DNA from: a virus
Taxonomy: Duplodnaviria; Caudoviricetes
Strand: one strand, 5' to 3'
Length of the DNA: 53,828 bases
Virus record (IMG/VR): IMGVR_UViG_3300042332_000520
Span: 1-53,828 of that record
The translations under genes were made by a program, and so were the position numbers. Below, in pieces: positions 18,908-29,184 of this stretch. Position 1 is the first letter of the stretch. Every line of letters begins with the position of its first letter. A model generated the notes under the pieces. That model was not told the DNA's origin. It searched no databases and saw only the letters and a list, made by a program, of their open reading frames with translations.

Positions 18908-19315
18908 TTAGTTAGAATAAACTTCTGCAACTAATTCGATTAACACAGGGCAAATTACCCGATCTGAAGCAACTGAGTTACCAGCTATTTGAGGTGTGTT
19001 AAGTACATGAATTCTTACGTTACCTTCTAGCGCAGTAAAACCTTTGCTAAAATGCTCTCGAATTAATTCTGCACGATTTATTACTTCAGCAGTTCCTTTA
19101 TTTGTAGCACCTACAACAAAAACTTGCATTGTAATATTTTCTCTATGAAAACCTCTGCCCAATACAGGATCAGTAGGTCTTTGAATCATAAACTGAACTC
19201 TCTGGTACAATTCAGATGGAGGTGTAAAACTAACACCTTCCCATGCTGTAGGTATAACAGGAGTTAAATTTTGTAGATGCCTTTCAGCAGCTCTTTTGAC
19301 TTCTATGATTGCCAT
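18908..19315 (-). CDS. tail terminator-like protein
   Basis: TAWEGVSFTPP...QVFV...GT; position upstream of the tube gene. Confidence 0.7.
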   Translation of the reverse strand: MAIIEVKRAAERHLQNLTPVIPTAWEGVSFTPPSELYQRVQFMIQRPTDPVLGRGFHRENITMQVFVVGATNKGTAEVINRAELIREHFSKGFTALEGNVRIHVLNTPQIAGNSVASDRVICPVLIELVAEVYSN

Positions 19316-19836
19316 TAGCTTGCCTTATAATATTCGTTTAACTGTAGTTGATAAACACCCATAATCTCGTCTTTTGTTGGTTGCATAACACCATTAGGAG
19401 CTTGACCTGAGTATCCTTTTTCTAATGCACCAAATCTTCCTTGCGTGAATCCGACTGTAGCCATGTAAGGAACACTGTTGGTGATGTAAACTTTATCACC
19501 TAACTTGTATGTCATCGAATCTTGTTCAGCGTTTGTTTTGATATTAATAGCTTCTCTGTTTTCAGCTCGTTCTGGCACTAATATGCTCGAAGGAAGATTC
19601 ATAGTAACAGTCCAACCACCTTTAGCTGAACCTTCATACGGTAAGAACCAACGTAATCTACTCTTGAGATTATAGTATTTTGCATAAGTCTCAGAATCAC
19701 CAAAAGGAGTATTTTCAATAGCTTTCCATGCAATATGATAAGCAAAAATCTGGACCATTCCTTCGAGTTTCTTAATAGCTTCTTCGTGGAACTTCTTTAG
19801 TTGGTTTTCTAGTTTTGAAGTATCGCACTTAATCAT
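19315..19836 (-). CDS. tail completion/neck protein (HK97 gp10-like)
   Basis: TP...G..KGGW...YITNSVPY...LEKGYSGQAPNG motif. Confidence 0.75.
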   Translation of the reverse strand: MIKCDTSKLENQLKKFHEEAIKKLEGMVQIFAYHIAWKAIENTPFGDSETYAKYYNLKSRLRWFLPYEGSAKGGWTVTMNLPSSILVPERAENREAINIKTNAEQDSMTYKLGDKVYITNSVPYMATVGFTQGRFGALEKGYSGQAPNGVMQPTKDEIMGVYQLQLNEYYKAS

Positions 19837-19837
19837 A

Positions 19838-20197
19838 TTAACCCTTAGTTGCGATAATACGATAAAGAGCTAAATCGTGCTGTGCTCTATGTTCAACAAT
19901 AGAACCAATAGTAAATGTTTCAGAGTTTACTGTAATTTTATCGTTTACAGAAGGTACGAAAGATAAACCAGTATTAACTAAATAGAACATAGCTGATGTT
20001 TTACCGATTAAATTAGGATAGTTATATTGAGTAGCATTAATATGCTTTTTATACATTGTAACAGTATAAGCTGTTTCTGTATTAGTTGTTTGTCCGGTCT
20101 CAACATCGTATTCACTTTCTGTGATTACTGAGTAAACCATTGGTTCACCGTGGGACTCTACTAACCTTTTACTTGACACTAAAAACTGATTAGTCAT
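19838..20197 (-). CDS. head closure/head-tail joining protein
   Basis: YDVETG motif, size and synteny. Confidence 0.65.
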   Translation of the reverse strand: MTNQFLVSSKRLVESHGEPMVYSVITESEYDVETGQTTNTETAYTVTMYKKHINATQYNYPNLIGKTSAMFYLVNTGLSFVPSVNDKITVNSETFTIGSIVEHRAQHDLALYRIIATKG

Positions 20198-20205
20198 TTA
20201 GCACC

Positions 20206-20607
20206 TCAAATTCCGAAAAAGCTATTTGGAAGACTTGGTGAAGTAGAAGGTTGTATAATAATGTTATTGTCAGATGTAGCATTATTTGCTTGCATGTCTG
20301 AAATACTGATACCACCAGCATAACCTAGAAGATTTTGAAGATTTTGATTTAGATCAGGATTCTTAATATACATTTGTAAGGCTTGCATATATTGTTTAGC
20401 AGTGCCAGTACCTTTTACACTAAAGATATCTACTGATTCATCTGAACGCATAGAGAGTTTTAATAAAATACTTTTTGCAGCATCTAAAGCAGCTCTACGA
20501 ATAGACCAATCATTTTTGTCTAGGAAATAACGATATTCAATATCAGACATAATAGGCAAAGTAACATCAGTATCGCCTAATTCCATACGAAGTGCGTGAA
20601 TTGTCAT
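20206..20607 (-). CDS. head-tail adaptor protein
   Basis: LRMELGDTD...MSD.EY.YFL and YAGGIS motifs; directly after the capsid gene. Confidence 0.7.
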   Translation of the reverse strand: MTIHALRMELGDTDVTLPIMSDIEYRYFLDKNDWSIRRAALDAAKSILLKLSMRSDESVDIFSVKGTGTAKQYMQALQMYIKNPDLNQNLQNLLGYAGGISISDMQANNATSDNNIIIQPSTSPSLPNSFFGI

Positions 20608-20684
20608 AATGTTTCCTTTTGTTATTTCTAACATAAAAACTGCAGAATAACATTCGATCTGTTACAATGCAGTGCTTATGTTAG

Positions 20685-20704
20685 AAAGCCCCCGTGAGGG
20701 GGCA
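20685..20704 (-). terminator. terminator after major capsid gene
   Basis: GCCCCC stem with a 4-nt loop and short U tract. Confidence 0.6.
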
Positions 20705-20713
20705 ATCTCAACT

Positions 20714-21730
20714 TTAGTTAGAAGTTGTTAGCTTGACTAGAGCACCGGGACGGCGAACTAGGTTCAAGAAGTTAGATTCAGTTTCAATACTGATTTCTGA
20801 ATCCTTAGGATCACGGTATGTGAATGCATAAGCTTGTTCACCTAGAGTGTTAACGTGTGTGAACTTGTTAGCAGGTGAGAAGTAGCTGATGAACATATCG
20901 TTAGTGCCTGTAGGTAGCATGTAAGCTTCGCCAGCAGGGATTAGAGCTGTACCGTTGAATGAACCACGGTATTCGATGTATGTAACACCACCGTGTACGA
21001 AACGGCGATATACACCAGAACCTAGACGGTTACGTAGTGGCTCTTGGGTGCTAGTGTAATACTTGTAAGCTTCTTTAACAGATGCGTGAGCGATTAACTT
21101 AGCGAAGAAAGTTGGTGAGCAGAGAACGATGATTTCGTTAACTACTTCGCCACTTAGGATGTTGTCCTGAATGTGGGCAATACCTTCTTCAGACTTAGCT
21201 GTTAGGTCAGTTGTGCTTGTACCTAGAACAAAGTCGATTGACTTGCGGGTTACGCCAAAGTCAGTGTAGAAGTTACCAGCTACAGTGCCGTTAGGAGCGT
21301 AGATAGCGCCAGTTGTAAGAGCATAAGCACGAGCAGCTTCTAGAGTTACAGCGTGGTTCATGCGGATACGCTCTAGCTTACGAGCGATAACAGCAGCCTC
21401 AGTTTCAGCCATGTCAGCAGAACCGTAGGCACGTTTGCCTTGAATGTCCTGTGGCTTGATAGCGTCATCTAGAGGGAAGTGAGGGATAGCGAATGAACGT
21501 AGGTTACGTGTATCGTCCTTGTTCATAGTGTTACGAGCGCCACGAACTTGGTCAGTTACTAGACCTAGTGTGCCTTCGCTGGCTTCAACAGTGATAGAAT
21601 GTTGGGAAACAGATTCATCACGGAAAATGCCGAGTTCATTAATTAGACCCCATTTATTAGGAACTAGAAGAAGTTCTTGTGTATAATCAACGAGTTCAAA
21701 TGGTTTTTCAAAGCTACGTACTTGTGCCAT
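20714..21730 (-). CDS. major capsid protein (lambda gpE-like family)
   Basis: 338 aa; IPHFPLDDAI.PQDIQG.R, T.E...AL..G and C-terminal E.ESN.L..RP.AL motifs; strongly biased codon usage. Confidence 0.9.
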   Translation of the reverse strand: MAQVRSFEKPFELVDYTQELLLVPNKWGLINELGIFRDESVSQHSITVEASEGTLGLVTDQVRGARNTMNKDDTRNLRSFAIPHFPLDDAIKPQDIQGKRAYGSADMAETEAAVIARKLERIRMNHAVTLEAARAYALTTGAIYAPNGTVAGNFYTDFGVTRKSIDFVLGTSTTDLTAKSEEGIAHIQDNILSGEVVNEIIVLCSPTFFAKLIAHASVKEAYKYYTSTQEPLRNRLGSGVYRRFVHGGVTYIEYRGSFNGTALIPAGEAYMLPTGTNDMFISYFSPANKFTHVNTLGEQAYAFTYRDPKDSEISIETESNFLNLVRRPGALVKLTTSN

Positions 21731-21768
21731 GTTATATATTCCTTATAAGTTATTAGATTTAATGCAGA

Positions 21769-22104
21769 TTAGACTGCATCGTTAACTGCGATACCCTTGG
21801 CTTCTAGAGCAGCGTATACGTCAGCAGCAACAAGACCACCTAGAACGATACCGCCCTTAGATACGATAGCTGGACCTTTTACGAGGGCTAGAACTTTAAC
21901 GCCAGTGCCACTCGCTTCTTCCATAGCGATACCAACTACATCGGCAGCTGCAGCAGCAATGCCGTCAGCGTCTAGTAGAGTACCGGGAACAATGTTCGTA
22001 CCAGTTACGGTTAGAACTGCACGAGTATAGCCGCTTTCAGGCCATAGTTCTTGTTTAACAACGTTAGAAAGACGTTTTGCTTCTGTTGCAAATGGATTTG
22101 CCAT
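21769..22104 (-). CDS. head decoration protein
   Basis: 111 aa upstream of the capsid gene; YTRAV.TV, KGPAIVSK, LEAKGI. Confidence 0.75.
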   Translation of the reverse strand: MANPFATEAKRLSNVVKQELWPESGYTRAVLTVTGTNIVPGTLLDADGIAAAAADVVGIAMEEASGTGVKVLALVKGPAIVSKGGIVLGGLVAADVYAALEAKGIAVNDAV

Positions 22105-22127
22105 AATTATTTCTCCAATTAATAAAA

Positions 22128-23093
22128 TTATTTAGTGAGCTTGGCTTTTAATACTTTTGCCACAGCGGATTCTTGAATAACAGGTTCTTCTTGAGTAGAA
22201 GCACCTTGCTCGTTGAATAGAGCAGATTCCTGCACTGATTTTTGAATATCAGCTAGGGTTTTTACAACTGCTTGGAAGTCTTCATCAGAAGCATCCTTAA
22301 CAGCTTTAAATAGGGTTTCAGCTTTAGCTTCATCTTCAATTACTGCTACGAGTTCGCTCTTACGGGCTTTTTCGACAGCGGCTTTCTTTTCGGCTTCAAA
22401 CTGAGCAATTGTTTCCATAGCTTTTTCGAGCTGTACTTTTTGCTCTTCAAGAGCTTTTTGTACTAGTTCGAATTGAGCTTTTTCAACGGTTTCGACTTTT
22501 AGGTCTTCATCCATGTTAGATTTCTCCAATTCTTGTTTTACAACAGAGGTAGATACCTCTTCATTAATAACCTCGCATGCGGGTGAGGTATCAGCAACCT
22601 GTGCGGTTGTAGATTCGGTAACTGTGTTAAACGCTTTTTCAATTAAAGCTTGATCATTTAACATAGCTAAATATTCGGTTTCATCCAAAGTAGATAAGAC
22701 TTCAGCAAGACTCTCAGCTTCATTAGCAGCTTTTAGAATCTCAAAAGCTTCCATACGTGCTTTAATCCAATCTTGAACTTCAGCTTGAGCTTCTTCAGTT
22801 TCCATTGCTTGTGTATCTGCAGGTTCTACATAACCCATCATAGTTGCTAATACTTTAGCATCTTCAGACCACATATTAAAGAACTTTGACAGAAAATCAG
22901 GCAGTTCCATAGTTACACGGACTTGTTGCATTTTCTCAATAAATTCTTCGCTGAAATTATTTGATTTTAGAACTAAAGCATAATCATGGCTATTAGCTGG
23001 ACCACCTTGTTCTTTAGATGTTAACGCTACGTGAGCGCCTTCTTTCTCAAATGAAATATCTGAGAGTTTTCTTTTTGCTTTACGAGTAGCCAT
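22128..23093 (-). CDS. capsid scaffolding protein
   Basis: Acidic, helical, with many [VIL]xK[AS] motifs; between protease and decoration genes. Confidence 0.7.
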   Translation of the reverse strand: MATRKAKRKLSDISFEKEGAHVALTSKEQGGPANSHDYALVLKSNNFSEEFIEKMQQVRVTMELPDFLSKFFNMWSEDAKVLATMMGYVEPADTQAMETEEAQAEVQDWIKARMEAFEILKAANEAESLAEVLSTLDETEYLAMLNDQALIEKAFNTVTESTTAQVADTSPACEVINEEVSTSVVKQELEKSNMDEDLKVETVEKAQFELVQKALEEQKVQLEKAMETIAQFEAEKKAAVEKARKSELVAVIEDEAKAETLFKAVKDASDEDFQAVVKTLADIQKSVQESALFNEQGASTQEEPVIQESAVAKVLKAKLTK

Positions 23094-23896
23094 TAATCTT
23101 CCTCTTCAATTGTTTCGACTGCAGCTAATGCTCCAATACTTAATCCGTTAATTTCGCCTGATTTAATAAGTTCCCATAAGCTATCATCAAGACATTGCAC
23201 AGTAGCAACCCAAGTGCCTTTCTTAACGAACTTGTCACCAAGAACAAAATCAGAAGGACAGACATAACTTTCACAGAATTCGAAAGTGCTTGTTTCAACT
23301 AAATGAAACAAATTAGCTTTCATACTGTACTTATTAAAATTATGACAAGCTTTACGAACCTCTTGTTCGCTAGTAATATCGCCATGAAGATCAACTTCAT
23401 CTGGAACCATTACTATAAAAGTAGCTTGCTTTAATTCATCATTGGTAGCTTTTGTTACAGGAAGTTTTACACCCGGAAGACTATCTTCTGAATTAACTTC
23501 TTCTTCTGTAATATCTTTAGTGTAGCTTTTTAAAATCTCTTCTTGTTTAAGAATTCGTCTTGCAAAAGCTAAACCGGCAGAACCACCCCAAAGAAGCCAT
23601 GCGATAGTACCTGCGGTTGGACCACCATCTGGCATTTTCTTTTTAGGGTCATAGTTCTTTTCGTGGCGACTAAAGAAAGAATACATTCTTTTTACAGTGT
23701 CTAGAGAAAGATTACCATTAATGATATCTCTTGCTCTTGCTACACCAGAACCTACTCCTTCTGTTTTAGCTTGGGAAGCATCTAAACCACCTCTACCATA
23801 TTTTTCACGTAAAGCTAGTCCACGTTTGGCATTATTTTTCATCGCATCCGTAGGAGCGTAACTTTTAGCTTTACTAATTTTCTGCTCTGGTTGCAT
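23093..23896 (-). CDS. prohead protease (XkdF-like serine protease) with extra N-terminal domain
   Basis: VMVPDEVDLHGD...H...ESY...KGTW...W..IKSGEINGLSIG. Confidence 0.82.
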   Translation of the reverse strand: MQPEQKISKAKSYAPTDAMKNNAKRGLALREKYGRGGLDASQAKTEGVGSGVARARDIINGNLSLDTVKRMYSFFSRHEKNYDPKKKMPDGGPTAGTIAWLLWGGSAGLAFARRILKQEEILKSYTKDITEEEVNSEDSLPGVKLPVTKATNDELKQATFIVMVPDEVDLHGDITSEQEVRKACHNFNKYSMKANLFHLVETSTFEFCESYVCPSDFVLGDKFVKKGTWVATVQCLDDSLWELIKSGEINGLSIGALAAVETIEEED

Positions 23897-23928
23897 TTTA
23901 GCCTCTTTTAATATACATATTAAACATA

Positions 23929-23957
23929 ATTATATCATATTTTTATTGGAAAATCAA
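23929..23957 (-). promoter_or_regulatory. sigma70-type promoter for head genes
   Basis: TTGATT-17-TATAAT with extended TG. Confidence 0.7.
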
Positions 23958-23969
23958 GATAAATATGAA

Positions 23970-24230
23970 TTATGCTTCAATAATTTGCTCTGAACGAACC
24001 TTAGCAGTAATTACATAACCCCTGTCAAAAGCTAAATTGACGATCTCTTCTTTAGAATTAGGGATTTGTTCTCCAATTTCCAATAGTTTTTGAATAGCTA
24101 ATGAAACAATTTCAGTCTCTGCTTGATTAGATCGCCCGATTGCTATACTATTAAAAAGAAACTCTGGATCAATTTCAGAGTAGGTAAAGCACTTATATTG
24201 ATGATCTGTTAAATTAATTGTAATTTGCAT
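23970..24230 (-). CDS. small fibre-associated protein
   Basis: 86 aa ORF directly after a fibre-like gene. Confidence 0.6.
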   Translation of the reverse strand: MQITINLTDHQYKCFTYSEIDPEFLFNSIAIGRSNQAETEIVSLAIQKLLEIGEQIPNSKEEIVNLAFDRGYVITAKVRSEQIIEA

Positions 24231-24233
24231 TAT

Positions 24234-25064
24234 TTATCCTAAATATTCGATTGTGACTTCTGTGTGCATTGGGGCAGTATAGCATTGAAAAGCTTGTAAA
24301 TATGCATTTAAGTAGATATACTGATTTGCTGTCATATTAATACAGCCTGAAGATGAATATGTACCATCTCCAGTTGCGGTAATTTCTGTAAAACAAATAA
24401 TACCTCCACTACTACTTTTAACTTCTAAGCGTCTTCCAGATACACCACCTTGTTTATATACGTTCAAAGTTACTCTGTATAAACCATCCACAGGGACATG
24501 AACAACAAGGCCGCCGCCGCCAATACTACCCCCATTATAAAATCCACCCCTATTAATAGTGAATTGACTTCCTAACCCATATGAAGTATTGGCTGCAAAT
24601 GTCTCGGAACCATTATTTCTTGTAACTTGACAAATAGGTTGATAAGGTGTTTTAATTGCTCCATTAGCATCTATACTTAAACGAGAAGTGCCATTAGTAT
24701 ACATATTTAATGTATTGACTGTACCATCTCCTTCTATTTTTTGTGCAGTGGCTGCACCAGAATTAAATGTTAAAGTTGCATAAGGATCGTTAGCTGATCG
24801 TCTTCCAATTACAACTCCTTCGTATAAAGAACTTGCTACTGAAAATCGAGAGTATCCATTTTTATATACTTCAAGATAATTTGAAGTATTAGCACCGATG
24901 CCTAACCCAACAGAGTTTACAATTAATTGATCAGTAACACTTCCATTAATTCCATTACCAAGACGGACAGTTCCGTCTGGTACAGTTGGTTGATATAATG
25001 TAAAGTTTTGGGTTGGTGTACTTGACTGACCAACTTGAAGATTATTAATTTTTAATGTACTCAT
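24234..25064 (-). CDS. fibre/adhesin-like protein with C1q/TNF-like C-terminal domain
   Basis: YTNGTSRLSIDANG repeat-type segment; VPVDGLY.V.L...M.ANQYI C-terminus. Confidence 0.6.
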   Translation of the reverse strand: MSTLKINNLQVGQSSTPTQNFTLYQPTVPDGTVRLGNGINGSVTDQLIVNSVGLGIGANTSNYLEVYKNGYSRFSVASSLYEGVVIGRRSANDPYATLTFNSGAATAQKIEGDGTVNTLNMYTNGTSRLSIDANGAIKTPYQPICQVTRNNGSETFAANTSYGLGSQFTINRGGFYNGGSIGGGGLVVHVPVDGLYRVTLNVYKQGGVSGRRLEVKSSSGGIICFTEITATGDGTYSSSGCINMTANQYIYLNAYLQAFQCYTAPMHTEVTIEYLG

Positions 25065-25252
25065 TATATAATTTCTTTCTCTGTTTGATCAGGAGGTAAT
25101 GGAGTATTACCTTCAGCAAGCCAAGTTAGGTAAGCTTGGTAATCGGTATTGGCGGGGTCGAAGGGGATGAAGGCGCTGTCTACAATACGTTCTACAAATG
25201 TAGCTTCTTCAGTACCTAGAAAATTCATGTGTTTTTTATAAGGTATAATCAT
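25064..25252 (-). CDS. small fibre chaperone-like protein
   Basis: IPFDPANTDYQAYLTWLAEGNTP motif. Confidence 0.7.
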   Translation of the reverse strand: MIIPYKKHMNFLGTEEATFVERIVDSAFIPFDPANTDYQAYLTWLAEGNTPLPPDQTEKEII

Positions 25253-26202
25253 AATTCAACTCCTTCTGCAACAATAAATGCTCCAGTACCGGGAGCTTGA
25301 GCATAGAAACGACCTGCTGCAGTGCATCGTAATTGCCATGAATACAAAGATGGGTTGATTGCGGACACGTTATTTGTAAATATATTACTTAATGTAAATG
25401 CAGCCCCAGTAAATGACATAGTTGGTGTTGCACGCATAGTTACAGGAAGTGGGATATTGTTAACTGTATATGATTGTACAATGTTTTGATATGCGTCTTG
25501 GAAATATGCTCCACTTAATTGTTGTTTCAAGTAATATCTTTGACACAACTCCAACTCGGTTTGTATAGGTCTAAACTCAAAAGGGCTTGCTACAGAGCCT
25601 TTTTCAAGTTGCAATTCTCCTATTGTTAAAGTCGCACCAGAGTTTAAAGCACCAGTACTGATAACTATAGCAATACCAGAGCCTGTAGCAACTGGAAAAG
25701 TCGCAGAATATTTATTTTCTGTACTATTAATAGTAAAAGTTCCAGTAGCTATTTGAGTCTGTGTTGGTGAGTTAAGAGTGCCAAAAGCATCTGTACTGTT
25801 TGCATAATATGCTGTCCAATTGATAGATGTTAGACTTGAACTACTTGCTTTAATAGAAAATACAGCCGTATTACCATAGATATCAAATGTATTTGCTCTT
25901 TCTAATCGAGTACCAAAAGTAATTCCAGTACATCCAGTAGCACCTGTAAATCTATAGCGTTTTTGATTTAGTACTGTAACAATTTGGCCTGTGATAGCTG
26001 CACCAAAAGAAGTTCCAAAAAATCTGTCTACTAAATATACAGCATTACTGTTTTGAATAGTATGCGAAGCAAAAAATTTATACTGATCTACTTCAAAAGA
26101 ACCATTAATAATTCTATTTCGAAAACCAGTATAACCTGCAGAACCTTGAGAAGAAGAATCTGCAAAAGATATCCCATTTGTACCATTAATTGTTACTGTC
26201 AT
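25249..26202 (-). CDS. fibre/carbohydrate-binding-like protein
   Basis: RNRIING...DRF...QLEKGSVASPFE.RP...EL.LCQRYY...MRATPT; paralog of 26396..27490. Confidence 0.7.
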   Translation of the reverse strand: MTVTINGTNGISFADSSSQGSAGYTGFRNRIINGSFEVDQYKFFASHTIQNSNAVYLVDRFFGTSFGAAITGQIVTVLNQKRYRFTGATGCTGITFGTRLERANTFDIYGNTAVFSIKASSSSLTSINWTAYYANSTDAFGTLNSPTQTQIATGTFTINSTENKYSATFPVATGSGIAIVISTGALNSGATLTIGELQLEKGSVASPFEFRPIQTELELCQRYYLKQQLSGAYFQDAYQNIVQSYTVNNIPLPVTMRATPTMSFTGAAFTLSNIFTNNVSAINPSLYSWQLRCTAAGRFYAQAPGTGAFIVAEGVEL

Positions 26203-26387
26203 TCTTGTACTTCCTGCTGTGTTTGTGTACCCCAGATAACCACTGGAGCAGTATTACCTTCTTCTACCCAACTTAAATATGCTAAGTAATCAGAGTTATC
26301 TTCTGACATTGGAATACATGCGCCATCTTCTCTTAGAATATGCTGTTTATTATGATGGAAATTATCCATTTGTATGATTGTGTACAT
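26199..26387 (-). CDS. small fibre chaperone-like protein
   Basis: IPMSEDNSDYLAYLSWVEEGNT; paralog of 25064..25252. Confidence 0.7.
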   Translation of the reverse strand: MYTIIQMDNFHHNKQHILREDGACIPMSEDNSDYLAYLSWVEEGNTAPVVIWGTQTQQEVQE

Positions 26388-26395
26388 AACTATCC

Positions 26396-27490
26396 TTAGG
26401 TAATTTCATTAGAAGCGATCCAAGAACCTTCAGTAATTGCAGAAGTTCCACTATTAGACCCTTTTCCAGTTACATCCATATTGGCAATAAAACCACTTGA
26501 ATGCACAAAACCTACAGTTGTTGCTACAGATGGATACTGCCAAGTAGTACCATTACTATACAGAGCTAAAGCATTAGCATGTCCAGTACTATGACTAGGA
26601 CGGTAAAATGTAATAGTAGGTGTTCCTCGCATTGTTGTGGCAAACGGAATATAACACGTTTCTGCTGCTACACCGTTATAAGTAGAAGCAATTCCGCATC
26701 TTAAACTATAAGCTCCAGCATAAGGAGCTACCCAACCGTAAGGTGTGCTTTGCTGATAATATCTTTGACATAACTGCAACTCAAGTCCAAAAGGTCTTTG
26801 CTCAAATGGAGTTGCAACAGAACCTCCCTCAAGTTGTAATGAATAAAAAGTCTTCTGAAAAGTTCCAGCAACAGGGATAATTATAGTTAATGCGCCATTA
26901 TCTGCTGCAATTGTTTTACCTGCTACCGATGGTACATTAAAAACTAAAACTCTACGATAAATTGTACCTAATACTAGTACTGATGTATCTGAAATAGGTG
27001 CTGTGTCTACACTAGTACTTCCACCAGAGCCAAATGCTTGTCGTAGATAAGGAGGTGTACCTGTTTCTGTACCACTTACATTATTGTAGTAATAAGATAA
27101 TGTACAAGTTTGACCTGCAAATGTTCTTACGTTCTCTACAGTATGTAAAATATAACCGCCAACTAAAGATGTACCTCCTAGTAGCATATAATTACCTAAA
27201 TCAGAACTTATACTTGGTTGAACATCTACACCTTTTACTACTGATAAAGAGCCAGAAGACCAACCAAAATAAAAACGATCTACAGAATTATAACCTCCAG
27301 TTGTTTGAGAAGTATTTCGTTGCCATACCTGTAAACCACCATTAATAATCTTATTTCTAAAATTCTGTAATTGATCTGTAGTTGCAATTATACCACTTGT
27401 TGTTGGAACTGTAAGTGTATAAGCTGCAGTAGTAACAGGAGCATTAAGCTCCACGCTACCACCAGCAGACGATTGTAATTTAACTCCCAT
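26396..27490 (-). CDS. fibre/carbohydrate-binding-like protein
   Basis: RNKIING...WQR...DRF...QLEGGSVATPFEQRP...LCQRYY. Confidence 0.7.
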   Translation of the reverse strand: MGVKLQSSAGGSVELNAPVTTAAYTLTVPTTSGIIATTDQLQNFRNKIINGGLQVWQRNTSQTTGGYNSVDRFYFGWSSGSLSVVKGVDVQPSISSDLGNYMLLGGTSLVGGYILHTVENVRTFAGQTCTLSYYYNNVSGTETGTPPYLRQAFGSGGSTSVDTAPISDTSVLVLGTIYRRVLVFNVPSVAGKTIAADNGALTIIIPVAGTFQKTFYSLQLEGGSVATPFEQRPFGLELQLCQRYYQQSTPYGWVAPYAGAYSLRCGIASTYNGVAAETCYIPFATTMRGTPTITFYRPSHSTGHANALALYSNGTTWQYPSVATTVGFVHSSGFIANMDVTGKGSNSGTSAITEGSWIASNEIT

Positions 27491-27499
27491 TAAAACTCC

Positions 27500-29158
27500 T
27501 TAAATTATTGTCCATGTAGAACCATTAGGTACTGTTACAGTAATACCGTTTGTGACAGTAATTGGACCTGCTGACATAGCATTATTTCCCGTGGCTATAG
27601 TATAATTTGCGCTAATTGTATTTGAATTCTCAATAATGCCGCTACTGACTTTTAATGCAGTTACAGTAGCAGTTCCTCCAAACACATTGGTAGCTGTACC
27701 CGCGATATTAATATTCCATGTTGCGTAACCACCACCACCATAAGGTCCGGGCCAGCCAATATCTGCCCAAGTTGTAGCATAATCTGTATTTGAAGATTTT
27801 ACTAGAACATAGTTTGTAGAACCTCCAGCAGCTACTCCGGGTCCGGGTTGACCGGGTGGACCGGGTTCTCCCGGAGCACCATCTATACCATCGACACCAT
27901 TCAAACCATCGACACCGTTTAAACCATCGGCACCGTTTAAACCATCAGCACCGTTTAAACCGGGCGCTCCATCCATACCAGCTGGTCCTGCCGGTCCTTC
28001 TGGTCCTTGCGGTCCTACTGGCCCGGCTGACCATGTACCATCGCCTCTCCAGAACGTAGTAGCCGAAGCATTTGTACCACTATTTAAACGTGATACAGGC
28101 AAGTTAGCTAATAAATTAGTAGCATTTGTAGCTGTACCATTTAAAGTAGCAGTAATAGTTCCTGCTGAAAAATTACCAGAAGCATCTCTTAATACACTAG
28201 AATTAGCAGTATTAGTGCTAACGGAGTAACCGACTTGTGAATTAGCTATTGTGGCGGTAACGTTTTCAAAAGCTAGAGTTTGGAATCCAATAGCCCAGCC
28301 GGAGGTATATGAGGCGGACATGCCGCCATAACCAAGTTGAACGTCCGTAACATATACCTGAGGATATTCCCATGTTGAAGATAATTCCCCTACGTATACG
28401 ACTGCTTTACCTGCTGCATTATAACCAAAACGTACTGTAAACCTACGATCTACTTGAGGATTTCCTACAATATAAGCAAAAGGATTATTAGCCCAAGTAT
28501 TGCCGGGGCCATAAGCATAACTACCACAATGAATTTCAAAAGATTCGTTTGTAGTATATTCGTAGACTTTAATAGTCATACGAATCATCGTATTAGTCAT
28601 ACCAACTGGAAGCGTAATAACCATTGCACCAGTAACAGTTCCAGCACCTGTGGTATAAACAGCACCACCGGGGTTAGTAATTCTGGTGAATCCTCCGTCA
28701 TAAATACTAGGTACTACAATATTAGCACTACCATTAAATGAAATACCATTAATTGTTCTGGTTGTTTGTAGTGTAGTGGCTGTACCTGCATTACCTGTTA
28801 CGTTGATACCCCAAGTACCACTAGCTCCTGTACCTGTTAGAGTTGGTGAATAACTATTATAATTACTACTATGCAGAGCTATTGCACCATTAATAGTCAG
28901 ATTGCCAGAACCTCCGGGAGTAAATTTTAATAATCCTACAGTACTGTTACGAACCCATTTATTACCAGTATCAATCAGTGCTACATCATAAGCATTAGCT
29001 ACGGATACACCTGCTGCAATAACCTTTGCAGCTGCACCACTGATATCTATACCCCAAGTTCCAGTAGCTCCTACACCTGCAGTACTTGGTCCTGCAGTAC
29101 TTTGTATGGTATTGTCGGCAAATTTTATGCCATTTTTTACTTTAAATTCATTTGCCAT
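27500..29158 (-). CDS. fibre protein with collagen-like segment
   Basis: GTWGI.I.G repeats, a Gly-X-Y run, and C-terminal [10 protein letters not shown]...VP.GSTWTII. Confidence 0.8.
   Translation of the reverse strand: MANEFKVKNGIKFADNTIQSTAGPSTAGVGATGTWGIDISGAAAKVIAAGVSVANAYDVALIDTGNKWVRNSTVGLLKFTPGGSGNLTINGAIALHSSNYNSYSPTLTGTGASGTWGINVTGNAGTATTLQTTRTINGISFNGSANIVVPSIYDGGFTRITNPGGAVYTTGAGTVTGAMVITLPVGMTNTMIRMTIKVYEYTTNESFEIHCGSYAYGPGNTWANNPFAYIVGNPQVDRRFTVRFGYNAAGKAVVYVGELSSTWEYPQVYVTDVQLGYGGMSASYTSGWAIGFQTLAFENVTATIANSQVGYSVSTNTANSSVLRDASGNFSAGTITATLNGTATNATNLLANLPVSRLNSGTNASATTFWRGDGTWSAGPVGPQGPEGPAGPAGMDGAPGLNGADGLNGADGLNGVDGLNGVDGIDGAPGEPGPPGQPGPGVAAGGSTNYVLVKSSNTDYATTWADIGWPGPYGGGGYATWNINIAGTATNVFGGTATVTALKVSSGIIENSNTISANYTIATGNNAMSAGPITVTNGITVTVPNGSTWTII
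27880..27965. repeat. 18-bp tandem repeat encoding collagen-like G(A/V)DGLN units
   Basis: ACCGTTTAAACCATC(G/A)(G/A)C-type units repeated about four times. Confidence 0.85.
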
Positions 29159-29184
29159 TTTGTTTCCCTATCCACAAATATGTC

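Noticed and set aside
24234-27490. Diversity-generating retroelement acting on paralogous fibre tips
   Set aside because: No reverse transcriptase in the window, and I saw no near-identical TR/VR pair differing only at adenines.
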